DNA of 61,564 bases, filler included, from 3 parts of 3 records of this genome joined end to end with filler, not necessarily neighbours in it; one strand, 5' to 3'; counted from the whole stretch's first letter, positions 17,864 to 27,243 are shown. A program made the numbers and translations. Notes: generated by a model from the letters alone, not told the origin.

Positions 17864-19144
17864 TTAAACCTCAGCCCTTAGGGCAATTTTTATGTCTTCC
17901 ACTATTTCTTTCGCGCGCTTGTCTGCTAATTCCCTGCTCTCAGCAGCGCACACAACATACCCCAAGCGATCTCTGTGAGATTTAATCTTGGGGGCAAATT
18001 CAAGCGAATGCATATCCTCCCTAAACCAATGACCAATGAGATCGCGCTGCAAAATAATATGTTGAATTTCCTTGTGTTTTTTTAGGGGTGTACCCTCCGG
18101 CAAAAACACGAAGCGCTGGGACACACCAACATTTTGGCTGACTTCCAAATAGTGTTTTTTGGGCTCTTGTCCCAAGGCATATTGCAGCAAGGGATACAAA
18201 ATATTTACGCCGGTGCTAACCGGGGCAACCAAGTCACAAAAACGACCGCCAGAAGTGCGTACAGCCATTTCTAATACAATAATTTCACCATCATTTGTGA
18301 CAACAATATCCCCTTTAAGCACGCCTGTTTCAACACCAAGGGCTATTCGACACTTGTCAATTATTTGGTCCAGATCATACCGTAAAGCATCGCTTACGTT
18401 CCAGGGCATTGAATGGCCATCTTCTATTTGAAAAGGCCATAAATCATCAGTATTGTCATAATGTCTCAGGGCAATATTCGTGACAGAAACGCGTCCATCA
18501 AGCACCACACTTTCGGTACTTAATTGCATTCCAGAAACAAACTCTTCCATCAGGAAGTCTTGCTTGGCGAAGCAATGCTTTACCTCAAAGTATCTCTTTA
18601 GGGCTGCGAGGCTATCAATAAATTCCACCCCCTGCGCGCCTGCCATCGCAGTTGGCTTTACAATCACTGGAAAATTACTGCTTTTCGCGGCTTCTTGCCA
18701 CACAGACCACGGCGCATCACCGGGTAAGGGTACAAAAGCGGGCACGCGCACGCCAGAAGCCGCTAGGCAATCTGATCTTTTCACTTTATTAGTGCCAAGA
18801 AATGCTGTTGCCTTAGAAATACTAGGTAAACTATACGTTTCCGCAATAAGCGCAGCTTCATATGCCAACTCTGCAGCATGAACAAACACAGCATCAATGT
18901 TGAGCGATCTTGCCTTTTCAATCAATCCTTTGTGGTCTTTTATATTTACCTGATAAAATTCATCGGCTGCATAGCTACATGCAGCATCCGCATGGCCGTC
19001 AAATACAATAACCTCTGCACCTAATTCCCGAGCAATATACAAGGCATTAAGCTGCTCAAAACCGCCACCAAGTAATAGCAAGCGTTTACGCGCACTATTG
19101 CTGGCTGATTCATCAACCGAAGGAGACATAATATTCCAACTCAT
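17864..19144 (-). CDS. ATP-grasp enzyme (putative amide ligase)
   Basis: 'LLLLGGGFEQ', 'FPVIVKPTAMAGAQGV', 'LMEEFVSG', 'VLEMAVRTSGG'. Confidence 0.8.
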   Translation of the reverse strand: MSWNIMSPSVDESASNSARKRLLLLGGGFEQLNALYIARELGAEVIVFDGHADAACSYAADEFYQVNIKDHKGLIEKARSLNIDAVFVHAAELAYEAALIAETYSLPSISKATAFLGTNKVKRSDCLAASGVRVPAFVPLPGDAPWSVWQEAAKSSNFPVIVKPTAMAGAQGVEFIDSLAALKRYFEVKHCFAKQDFLMEEFVSGMQLSTESVVLDGRVSVTNIALRHYDNTDDLWPFQIEDGHSMPWNVSDALRYDLDQIIDKCRIALGVETGVLKGDIVVTNDGEIIVLEMAVRTSGGRFCDLVAPVSTGVNILYPLLQYALGQEPKKHYLEVSQNVGVSQRFVFLPEGTPLKKHKEIQHIILQRDLIGHWFREDMHSLEFAPKIKSHRDRLGYVVCAAESRELADKRAKEIVEDIKIALRAEV

Positions 19145-20177
19145 AAACTGCCAAAGGGTGATGCCCTACCCGAATACGAACATTATCAAATTTCTCTGCC
19201 AACCAGTCGGCAATTTTTTGGGCATGACTGTGATGATGATAAGCGCTAATCGCCAAATGAGGCTTATTTTGAGACAGCGTTTTGATCGCGCCCTCCAGAA
19301 AGTCTAATTCATAACCTTCTATATCCACTTTAATCATCGAAACTTGATCGAGGAGCATATCATCTAGGGCAAATATCTCAATTTTTTCACCACTATTACT
19401 GTTGTAGCTCTCAGCGTTGTTAAGTGTAGCACGGCTGGACGCGCCAGCAATGTCCTGCCACAAAGTTTGTCGCGCTGCGCCAATTGCTATTTGCCGAGGC
19501 TCAATAAGCACATTATGGTTACATGCCTTAATTCTCTCACATAACATATTGTAATTACTGGAGAATGGCTCAATTGCAATCACTTTTGAAAAACGCTCTG
19601 TGTCTGCAAACTCAATGGAAGAAACCCCATCATAAGCACCAATATCCACGGCCACTCCGCCCTTTTTCACCGACTTCAGCCAATCAGCATGATTATACTG
19701 ACGGCGCATACTTGGCATCGGTTTCAGGTCGCCCAGATTTCCAGACTGTTTAAACTTCCGCCAGCTAGAGAAATAGCATCGCTCTTCCTCACTGGTTAGC
19801 CCTAAACAAACCTTATTAAGCGATTGGTTATGCTCATAACCGTCCCGATATGTGGGAAAAAACATACCGTCCAAATGAGGGAAAACACAGTCAGAAGCGA
19901 TACCCTTTTCCCTTAGAAAAGCGTCGATTTCCATCTGGTAGGCTGAAACAATGATAACCCCCACTTTGTCGTTATACTCACCAAAGAAGGCTTCCGGAGA
20001 GAACACCTTATAACCCTGAAACAACGCTTTTTGTTTTTCTGGCGCACGGTCAATAAAACCAATAACTTTTTTACCCAAACGATCTAGCAATTTAATCGTT
20101 GCTTCTGCCGCAGGCGTTGCGCCGTACAAGTAGAATGAATTGAACTGGTCAAATCGAGATAAGAAATTGTTAGGCAT
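19113..20177 (-). CDS. FkbM family methyltransferase
   Basis: 'VDIGAYDG', 'IAIEP', 'MIKVDIEGYELDFLEGA', 'LAISAYH'. Confidence 0.85.
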   Translation of the reverse strand: MPNNFLSRFDQFNSFYLYGATPAAEATIKLLDRLGKKVIGFIDRAPEKQKALFQGYKVFSPEAFFGEYNDKVGVIIVSAYQMEIDAFLREKGIASDCVFPHLDGMFFPTYRDGYEHNQSLNKVCLGLTSEEERCYFSSWRKFKQSGNLGDLKPMPSMRRQYNHADWLKSVKKGGVAVDIGAYDGVSSIEFADTERFSKVIAIEPFSSNYNMLCERIKACNHNVLIEPRQIAIGAARQTLWQDIAGASSRATLNNAESYNSNSGEKIEIFALDDMLLDQVSMIKVDIEGYELDFLEGAIKTLSQNKPHLAISAYHHHSHAQKIADWLAEKFDNVRIRVGHHPLAVYELEYYVSFG

Positions 20178-20179
20178 GC

Positions 20180-21115
20180 TTATTGGCCTGTCTCATCTTT
20201 TTGAGCAAAAACAATTGCCAATCGACCCATGTTCATGTTTGCAAGGCCGCTGTAGAAAGCTTTAAGCATGCCCGTATTAACCTCGGACAGATTGATGTCT
20301 AGGTTTTTGCGCCAAGCATGCAGTTGCCGCCCCAATTTTGGGTCAGTCGTATAGTCCTGCCCCATTAACAAAAACATCTCCATGGGGAAGTTAGTCAGCT
20401 TTTCTTTGACTTGAAAACCAACAGTTTCAATCAAATTGCCCAAACTTTGAAAAGTGAAATAGTTTAAGTGGTGATCAGGCACCACCCACCATGAAGGCTT
20501 ATCAAACGTGTTGACCACAGCGCTCTGAAGTGGGTTAAAATCGTTTGGTGTAGAAACACAAAGCACACCGCCCGGAGTGAGCAGTTTTTCTGCCAAAACC
20601 AGTAATTGCCGAGGCTCAGCAACATGCTCGAGAACTTCGCTCAGGTGAATAAAGTCAAACTTGCCCAGTTCGCTAGCAGTTTCTGACGAAAAGAAACCCT
20701 CAATAACATCAAGGCCGCGCTCGCGTGCGTGTGCCACAGCAACAGGCGAAGGTTCGATACCAAGACACTGCCAACCCAAATCCTGCCCCACTTTAAGGAA
20801 ATCACCAGGGCCACAGCCTATATCAAGTATTCGCCCGGATTTCTCACCCAGAATATCACTCGCAACACTGTAGCGCAGCTTGCACTCTACTTCTTTCCAG
20901 GCAAAGTCTTCATGTGCCTCATCAAGATAGCTGGGTTTTTCTTCCTGATAAAAACTGTCTTCATAAAATGCCGCCTGTGTTTCTGGGCTGGGCAGCGGCA
21001 CGATATGAGTGAAGCCGCAAACTTTACAGTTGATAACGTCAACACCGTCGCTGCTGGTTAGCAAACGACCAGCATGATCTCCATGATTATTACTGCTCCA
21101 CTTACGCTGCTGCAT
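20180..21115 (-). CDS. Class I SAM-dependent methyltransferase with an N-terminal CxxC
   Basis: 'CKVCGF', 'ILDIGCGPG', 'EVLEHV'. Start moved to ATG 21115, after a GGGGGG RBS and overlapping the upstream stop. Confidence 0.85.
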   Translation of the reverse strand: MQQRKWSSNNHGDHAGRLLTSSDGVDVINCKVCGFTHIVPLPSPETQAAFYEDSFYQEEKPSYLDEAHEDFAWKEVECKLRYSVASDILGEKSGRILDIGCGPGDFLKVGQDLGWQCLGIEPSPVAVAHARERGLDVIEGFFSSETASELGKFDFIHLSEVLEHVAEPRQLLVLAEKLLTPGGVLCVSTPNDFNPLQSAVVNTFDKPSWWVVPDHHLNYFTFQSLGNLIETVGFQVKEKLTNFPMEMFLLMGQDYTTDPKLGRQLHAWRKNLDINLSEVNTGMLKAFYSGLANMNMGRLAIVFAQKDETGQ

Positions 21116-22856
21116 GAGCACCCCCCTGCCTTTCATGCAAACAACTGGCAACAAAGTCTGCAAAGTTTTTCGGCCCAATGGCCAGGGTTTGTGAAATTTT
21201 AGGGTCCAGAACTACCGCGCCGCGGTTCTGAAGGCGCGCAAGTTTTGATAACGCATCATCCAGACTTTCAGCAACAAAGTCCGGAAACATGTCGCCAAAC
21301 AAACGCCATTCCGCCTCAGTGGCCGCGCCCAGCGGGTCAAACACAATGGTGGGAACCCCTGCCCGTAGACATTCAAAAAAAGTTACACCGAAAACGCATA
21401 AAGCATAGTCAAATTCATGAAGCATTGCGGCCAAATTAGGCGGGGATTTAACCGTTTTAAATGTGGCTGCATCAGTGCGCCACTGCGGTGCATTGGCATA
21501 TGGCCCTTGTATCCAGGTAATTTCATGGCCTGTAGGCGCAATTTGCTCCAGCATATCCGGCAAAAAACGTGCGAAACCCGCAGGGTCTGATCCACCTGTA
21601 AGGATGACAGTCGATTTTTTTGTGTCCGGTGCAGTAAAGCCTTTCCTCATAGGTGTTTGACCTAGCAAAAAACAATCCAAACCATACCGCAAACGCCCTA
21701 CTGCTTGTTTTTCAAGAACTGGGGGAACGCAGATAGACGGCATCCAGATTTGGTCAAACATCTGCTGCGGATCACTTGCCTGATCAATACCAATTTTCAA
21801 AACTGATTGCGGCATAGTCTTAAGTTTGGTCGCAAAAGCGGCATCAATATATTTCACATCAACAACAACTGCATCAACGCTGGGGCCAACACCTTCAAAG
21901 GTATCCACCCACCTATGGCGTATATGCTTTAATTTATTAAAGTCATTAGGCTTTCCGCGAATTTGCATATCAACATCTGCGCCCAAATGTTCTTGCAGTG
22001 CTGCCGCTACAACACAGGCGCGCGATAAATGACCCAAACCTATTTTCGGCCCAACTTCACACAATATCGAAATTTTATGAGCAACGTGCTTAACTGTTTT
22101 TTGGTGAACATGAGCATTCATTGCCCTCAGGTCAGCATCGGCGAGTAACTTATCCACCACCCATCTTAAATCTACCAAACTATTGGCATCATTTTTCGCA
22201 TACCAATCTTGGTAGACCCTCTTCATAAAGTCATAATCTTGAAGGGTATCAACAGATAAGCGGTGGTTAATCTCAGCAAACCTCGGATTTTCGTCTACCA
22301 GCAAAAGCTGGTCTGGCTCTATTTTTTTCAGGTGGTGATAAACTGCGCCGATATGTTCACGCTCAAACGGCTCCTTGGCCGCATTAACCATGCGGTTCCA
22401 AAAGCCTCGATTAAAAACGTCAAAACCCTCATGAATATATGGCTTGCCGATTGCAGCCGGCGCAAGCAAAGCGATACCATTGGTGGAAACATGACCTGAC
22501 CCTCTAATCAAATGTTCAATTGTTGATGGCTCAATCAAAGGGCAGTCACCACAAACATAAACAATTGTGTTTGCATCAACAGACCGAATGGCGGCATCTA
22601 CACGCCCAACGACGTCATTCACGTCACCGTCCCAGGCAAAAGCGGTTACACCATTTGCCGCCGCCCATTCACATAACGCAGCGTTTGCAGGGTCATCCGT
22701 AGTCGCAATAAGTATCTGATCAAGGCTTGGCACTGCCTTAAGTCTATCAACAATATGGCCAATGATGGGCTTTCCCATAAGTGGTAGAAGCTGCTTACCG
22801 GGTAAACGGCTCGAGGTTAGGCGCGCACCAATTATGGCAACTGCTTTATTCGTCAT
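21102..22856 (-). CDS. Fused cytidylyltransferase (PseF/SpsF-like) and UDP-sugar hydrolase (PseG/SpsG-like)
   Basis: N-terminal 'ARLTSSRLPGK', 'GDCPLI', 'RLSVDT'; C-terminal half 'GPKIGLGHLSR' and 'LTGGSD' of the PseG GT-B fold. Confidence 0.8.
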   Translation of the reverse strand: MTNKAVAIIGARLTSSRLPGKQLLPLMGKPIIGHIVDRLKAVPSLDQILIATTDDPANAALCEWAAANGVTAFAWDGDVNDVVGRVDAAIRSVDANTIVYVCGDCPLIEPSTIEHLIRGSGHVSTNGIALLAPAAIGKPYIHEGFDVFNRGFWNRMVNAAKEPFEREHIGAVYHHLKKIEPDQLLLVDENPRFAEINHRLSVDTLQDYDFMKRVYQDWYAKNDANSLVDLRWVVDKLLADADLRAMNAHVHQKTVKHVAHKISILCEVGPKIGLGHLSRACVVAAALQEHLGADVDMQIRGKPNDFNKLKHIRHRWVDTFEGVGPSVDAVVVDVKYIDAAFATKLKTMPQSVLKIGIDQASDPQQMFDQIWMPSICVPPVLEKQAVGRLRYGLDCFLLGQTPMRKGFTAPDTKKSTVILTGGSDPAGFARFLPDMLEQIAPTGHEITWIQGPYANAPQWRTDAATFKTVKSPPNLAAMLHEFDYALCVFGVTFFECLRAGVPTIVFDPLGAATEAEWRLFGDMFPDFVAESLDDALSKLARLQNRGAVVLDPKISQTLAIGPKNFADFVASCLHERQGGAHAAA

Positions 22857-23721
22857 TTTGACCTCGCTGCCATTGCTCCCGCATAGCCAACATTGGTCTT
22901 ACGCCGTCAGATGGATCTGCACGCCATATTCGGTCGCTACTTTCTGCGGGTGTGGGCTTCTTGATGCCGTCACCGTCGGCACATAAAGCAAGGCGAATAT
23001 CGCTAATAACCGGCTCAATTTCATTCGGTAACCAGCAGTGACCCGTTTTATATTCTGCCCCTGCTTCGTCCAGGTCTAAGTGGAACTCAACCACAGGGGC
23101 GCCGTATTTATGCACAGCGCGCTCAATAACTGCTGGTTTACGCGAATGGTCAGACCACCCAACTGGCAGCCCTGTGGCATCAGCAATGGTTTTAATGGCG
23201 GCCAAATTGCACTGATCGACTGGGACCGGATAACCAGAAACGCAATGAAATAGCGTTAAGCTAGTGCCGCCAGCTTTTTCAAACGCTCCAACTGCTGCGG
23301 TAATTTCTGCTAAGTCCGCCATGCCCGTTGATAATAACGTCGGAATTTTTGTTCTCGCACAGGCTTGAATCAGGTCTAGCCATAGAAGCTCATAGGAAGC
23401 TATTTTGTAGAAGTCCACATACGGCGCAAGCTCATCAATTGCTTCCCTATAAAAAGGCGTACAGGAAAATTGAATTTTATTTTCTGCGCAAGATTTACTG
23501 AGCTCGGGCAAGAATGAAACAGGCAGTTCCCATTGGCGCCGTGCGCGGTGTTCAGGGCTTTTGGCTAAGATTTCAGGACTAAACAACTCATCTATTCGAA
23601 ACAGCTGAAATTTGACAGCATCGCAGCCAATTCGCGCAGCGGTTTCAATAAACTCTTTGCAACGATCCAAATCCTGCGCGTGGTTACTGGACACTTCGGC
23701 AATAAAAAATGGTTTCCGCAT
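22846..23721 (-). CDS. pseI: Nonulosonate (pseudaminic acid) synthase, NeuB/PseI family; short form with no evident C-terminal SAF domain
   Basis: 'FIAEVSSNH', 'DAVKFQ', 'KIASYE', 'LSTGMA', 'HCVSGYP', 'GWSDHS'; 291 aa. Confidence 0.8.
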   Translation of the reverse strand: MRKPFFIAEVSSNHAQDLDRCKEFIETAARIGCDAVKFQLFRIDELFSPEILAKSPEHRARRQWELPVSFLPELSKSCAENKIQFSCTPFYREAIDELAPYVDFYKIASYELLWLDLIQACARTKIPTLLSTGMADLAEITAAVGAFEKAGGTSLTLFHCVSGYPVPVDQCNLAAIKTIADATGLPVGWSDHSRKPAVIERAVHKYGAPVVEFHLDLDEAGAEYKTGHCWLPNEIEPVISDIRLALCADGDGIKKPTPAESSDRIWRADPSDGVRPMLAMREQWQRGQNDE

Positions 23722-23724
23722 TCT

Positions 23725-25485
23725 CTATAACCCTAACTTTTCAGTAACGCGGCGGGTTACCCGACCAATAATGTCATTCCAATCATTGTTTTCTGCGTCA
23801 AAAAACACTTCTGCGTCATCCGCAAACGGCACATTTGGTGTGCTTCCAAAACACCACCAGGGCGGCGCTCCAGACATCAACAGGGTTGGCCTACCTGACG
23901 ACATCGCGAACATGCCCGGCGCGGAACAAGATGAAATTACTAAGTCACACTGAGACATTATTGCCAGATTGGCTTCTATGTCGGCTTTCAAGTCAACATC
24001 ATCGAAATGACGAATTGTGACATCAAACTTGCTCTTAAACGCCGCTAATTCATCAGTAACATCACCATATTGTAAATTGACGAACTCTACATGTTCAGAA
24101 AGAGCCATAAGTGGCTCAAGATTATCCAAATCGGCATAAAGATATGACCTTTCAGACGATACAATGCCGCTTCGCCAAGCTAGACCTACTTTGGGTTTGT
24201 TACGAAATGCGCCCATGCGCATCTTAAACTCTTCAATGCGTGCAGGGTCAGCACACAAATAACCTTCTTCATGAGGGCAAATATCATCTGATGAAAGCCA
24301 TGCGAACCGCGCCGCACTGCCAACCGGCACGCAAAAATCTATGGATACATCGCCCTTAGAGATCATCTTTTCAATTCCAGGGAAAACCCTGTATCGATAC
24401 CCGGATACAATACGATCCAGATAACCACCAACAACAGCGTTCGGGAACCGCCTTTTATAAATGCTCACAAGGCGTGGGTCGCAGCCAATATACAGTTTTT
24501 CAGCAGCCTCATATAAATACGGCAGATATGATCCCCACATAATTTCGTCGCCGATACCCTGCTCCGCCGTTACGAAAAGGCTTTTTCCAGTCAAGTCTTC
24601 GCCTTTCCATTCAGGGAGCTTGTGTGTGTAATGCTGAGTTTGCGAAGATTTGCGGCGCACATCGAGGCGGAACTCGTAATGCTCCCAGGCCTCTTTCATT
24701 TCGCCCTTTAGAAATAGAAACTGTGCTGCACCCAGTCTGGGCTCAGGACTGTCTGGATTAAGTTCAATTGACTTCAGAGCCAGCTCCAACGCCTTATCCA
24801 ATTTATTACGGCGAGTGTAAGAAATTGAATAATTGCTGATGATTTGCGCATTGTCGGGGCTTAAGCGTAGTGCCTCTTCAAAAAATACATCAGCGGCATC
24901 AACACCGTCTCTTTCGCGCACTTGTGTGGCTAAAACATTCCAAAGATTAGCTTCTGTAGGCATCAATGGTATAGCAGCCTGCAACATATCAATGCTTTCA
25001 TCATACTGCTTGGTACCTGAGTAGGCTGCCGCCAAATTGACATAGCTAACGGGAATTTCAGGGGCCAACGCGATAAGTTGGACACCTAGTTTAATCGCGA
25101 CCTCGTACATACCCATATCAAGGGCCAGTCGCTGGATTATGCCGATTAAATCAGCAGTCGGTTCATGAACCTCAAGCGCGCGCTGCAAAACAGAAATTGC
25201 ATGCTCCCGAACGCCTAGTTGTACTAATGCATGCGCCAAAACAGTCAGAATAGACAGATCTTCAGGCATTGCATCCCAGACAACCAGCAAGTGCTTAACA
25301 GCAACTGGCCAATCTTGGCGCTCAGACGCCTCCTGGCCTAACTTAAGAGACCTTTTAAGGTCTTTGAATGATGCATTGCCAGCAACCAATCCAAGTTTTT
25401 GGCGTTTTGTTCTCACCAACTTGGGTACTGTTTTACGTTGCTGTTTTTTGCTGATCACCAGTTTTCTCCTAGCCATTGGCCGCAT
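23725..25485 (-). CDS. flmG: FlmG/FlbA-type flagellin glycosyltransferase (TPR + GT-B)
   Basis: N-terminal TPR repeats, then 'WKGEDLTGKSLFVTAEQGIGDEIM', 'KVGLAWRSG', 'FVNLQYG'; in a pse cluster next to flbT/flaF. Confidence 0.8.
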   Translation of the reverse strand: MRPMARRKLVISKKQQRKTVPKLVRTKRQKLGLVAGNASFKDLKRSLKLGQEASERQDWPVAVKHLLVVWDAMPEDLSILTVLAHALVQLGVREHAISVLQRALEVHEPTADLIGIIQRLALDMGMYEVAIKLGVQLIALAPEIPVSYVNLAAAYSGTKQYDESIDMLQAAIPLMPTEANLWNVLATQVRERDGVDAADVFFEEALRLSPDNAQIISNYSISYTRRNKLDKALELALKSIELNPDSPEPRLGAAQFLFLKGEMKEAWEHYEFRLDVRRKSSQTQHYTHKLPEWKGEDLTGKSLFVTAEQGIGDEIMWGSYLPYLYEAAEKLYIGCDPRLVSIYKRRFPNAVVGGYLDRIVSGYRYRVFPGIEKMISKGDVSIDFCVPVGSAARFAWLSSDDICPHEEGYLCADPARIEEFKMRMGAFRNKPKVGLAWRSGIVSSERSYLYADLDNLEPLMALSEHVEFVNLQYGDVTDELAAFKSKFDVTIRHFDDVDLKADIEANLAIMSQCDLVISSCSAPGMFAMSSGRPTLLMSGAPPWWCFGSTPNVPFADDAEVFFDAENNDWNDIIGRVTRRVTEKLGL

Positions 25486-25573
25486 AGCGTCTTAGCGAAA
25501 TAAAAAATCCATTTAGTTAGCAAATCTCGCCGCCTCGGTTCTCAAATGAGCTACCTCGGCGCAGAACTACAAT

Positions 25574-25589
25574 TGCAAACTAGATGCCA
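25574..25589 (-). promoter_or_regulatory. Sigma54 promoter of the flmG-pseI operon
   Basis: Minus strand TGGCATCTAGTTTGCA. Confidence 0.8.
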
Positions 25590-25626
25590 ATAAAAATTTG
25601 ACGTTCAGCGAATAAAAACACCGATA

Positions 25627-25657
25627 GTTAAAGAAGATGTTAATTTTTGTTCACCAT
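25627..25657 (+). promoter_or_regulatory. CtrA-like half-sites upstream of flbT
   Basis: GTTAA...GTTAATTTTTGTTCACCAT; spacing is imperfect. Confidence 0.35.
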
Positions 25658-25733
25658 AGTGCGGGTTAAATTTAAACGAACACGATGATTTTGGTGGGTA
25701 ATATTGTCCGTCTTAGTCAAACCGGAGGACCCA

Positions 25734-26129
25734 ATGGCATTAAAGCTTTCTTTAAAACCTGACGAGCGCTTGGTCATAAATGGCGCAGTTATTGCTAATG
25801 TTGATAGGCGGACAACTTTAATCGTCCACAACAAGGCTTCGATTTTGAGAGAAAAGGATATTTTGCAGGAAGAAGACGTCAATTCACCAGCGAAACGGAT
25901 CTATTTCCCGATTATGCTGATGTATATGGGACAAGGCAGCACAGACAAATTTTACGAAGAGTTTGTTAAGCGCATGACAGAATTCATGAGTGCAATCAAA
26001 AGCCCAGACGCAATAAATGACTGTGTTCAGATTAGTCGCGATGTAATGGACAAAAATTATTACAAAGCCCTAATGAGCTGCAAAAAACTAATCAAATTCG
26101 AGCAAAGCCGCATTGGAGATACAAGCTAG
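25734..26129 (+). CDS. flbT: Flagellin translational regulator FlbT
   Basis: 'MALKLSLKPDERLVINGAVIAN', 'SPAKRIYF', 'YYKAL'; ATG 25734 after GGAGG. Confidence 0.93.
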   Translation: MALKLSLKPDERLVINGAVIANVDRRTTLIVHNKASILREKDILQEEDVNSPAKRIYFPIMLMYMGQGSTDKFYEEFVKRMTEFMSAIKSPDAINDCVQISRDVMDKNYYKALMSCKKLIKFEQSRIGDTS

Positions 26130-26151
26130 GAAAGAATAACCGGGATATAAC

Positions 26152-26565
26152 ATGTCGTATCAAGCCTATAAACAAGCTCAAACTTCAACAGAAACTCACA
26201 GTCAGGTTGAGTACCGACTTTTTGCGCAAGTAACCAATGCGCTTATTGAGGTAAAAGACATACCTGTCACAGACCCCAAAACGATTTCAGCTTTAGACTG
26301 GAACCGCCGAATGTGGTCAGTTTTTTCCAGTGATTGCGGTGCGAAAGGCAATGGCCTGCCCGACCAACTAAGAGCGGGGGTTGTATCACTTTCCATATGG
26401 GTTTCAAAGCATTCATCACTTGTTATGCGCGGCGTTGAACGCATTGATGATCTAATCGATATTAATAAGACAATTATGGAAGGTTTAGCCGAACAGGCTG
26501 AGCTTCAAACCAATAGCCAGATAGCTGATGCGGAAAACTTGAAACCGGTGAATGCTACACTGTGA
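26152..26565 (+). CDS. flaF: Flagellar biosynthesis regulator FlaF
   Basis: 'ALDWNRRMWS', 'GNGLPDQLRAGVVSLSIWV', 'LIDINKTIMEGL'. Confidence 0.93.
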   Translation: MSYQAYKQAQTSTETHSQVEYRLFAQVTNALIEVKDIPVTDPKTISALDWNRRMWSVFSSDCGAKGNGLPDQLRAGVVSLSIWVSKHSSLVMRGVERIDDLIDINKTIMEGLAEQAELQTNSQIADAENLKPVNATL

Positions 26566-26700
26566 ACCAAAATCGCAGACTTTCTGCCCATTCTTCAAAC
26601 TCCTAGCCTGATAACGCACAAACCCATTACGTAAATCCACTCGTAAAGCGCTGCGTACATCAACAATGCCATCTCATATCTCAACAATAGCAACTGGCTA

Positions 26701-26776
26701 GGCAATAAATGCACTAAGCGGCAAATTTTTCCGATCAATAGACAGTAATTTTTGCCGCGCATGACATTTATTGCCT
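26701..26776 (+). promoter_or_regulatory. Cluster of ftr-like sites upstream of flagellin 2
   Basis: GGCAATAAATGCA, CGGCAAATTTTTCCG, AGTAATTTTTGCCG and GACATTTATTGCC (GGCA-N5-TKCC pattern), spaced about 20 bp apart. Confidence 0.6.
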
Positions 26777-26877
26777 AGCGGAAACAGCGACTAAAAACAC
26801 ACTCTGTCGTATTTTAATTTTTATTTACCTATTAATTTCAATGCTTTGTCATATTTTTCCTAGCACATAGGCAAAAT

Positions 26878-26893
26878 TGGCACACCACCTGCA
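26878..26893 (+). promoter_or_regulatory. Sigma54 promoter of flagellin 2
   Basis: TGGCACACCACCTGCA, GG-N10-GC. Confidence 0.8.
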
Positions 26894-26966
26894 ATTATGT
26901 TGTCGAAGGCAAAAGGCTTTCGTGAGCAAAAAGCTCTTAACATATTCTCAGAATGGAGATTCTATC

Positions 26967-27113
26967 ATGGCGTTTTCAGTAAACACCAATGCAGGTGCAC
27001 TTTTCGCACTGCAAAACCTTAACAGAACAACCTCACAATTGAACACTATCCAAACCCAAATCAACACGGGTTTGAAAGTTTCGTCTGCAAAAGATGATGC
27101 TGCAACCTTTGCT
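26967..27113 (+). CDS. Flagellin 2, partial (cut by the contig end)
   Basis: 'MAFSVNTNAGALFALQNLN...INTGLKVSSAKDDAATFA'; GGAG RBS; paralogue of 11247-12077. Confidence 0.92.
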
Positions 27114-27213
27114 NNNNNNNNNNNNNNNNNNNNNNNNNNNNNNNNNNNNNNNNNNNNTTAATTAATTAANNNNNNNNNNNNNNNNNNNNNNNNNNNNNNN
27201 NNNNNNNNNNNNN
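27114..27213. other. Artificial contig spacer
   Basis: 44 N + TTAATTAATTAA (stops in all six frames) + 44 N. Confidence 0.99.
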
Positions 27214-27217
27214 GGCT

Positions 27218-27243
27218 GGAAGACCGAAGACGGATGACCGAAG
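27218..27243 (+). repeat. Degenerate heptamer tandem repeat (GACCGAA/GACGGAT)
   Basis: GGAAGACCGAAGACGGATGACCGAAG at the contig start; related copies at 35921 and 36098. Confidence 0.55.

Noticed and set aside
26877-27161. 94-aa ORF from the ORF track
   Set aside because: It starts inside the sigma54 box and ends in the linker. The real gene starts at ATG 26967 and is truncated by the assembly, not a pseudogene.
27158-27169. TTAATTAATTAA as a biological palindrome or CtrA site (also at 52877-52888)
   Set aside because: It is centred in identical N-runs and is a standard six-frame-stop linker
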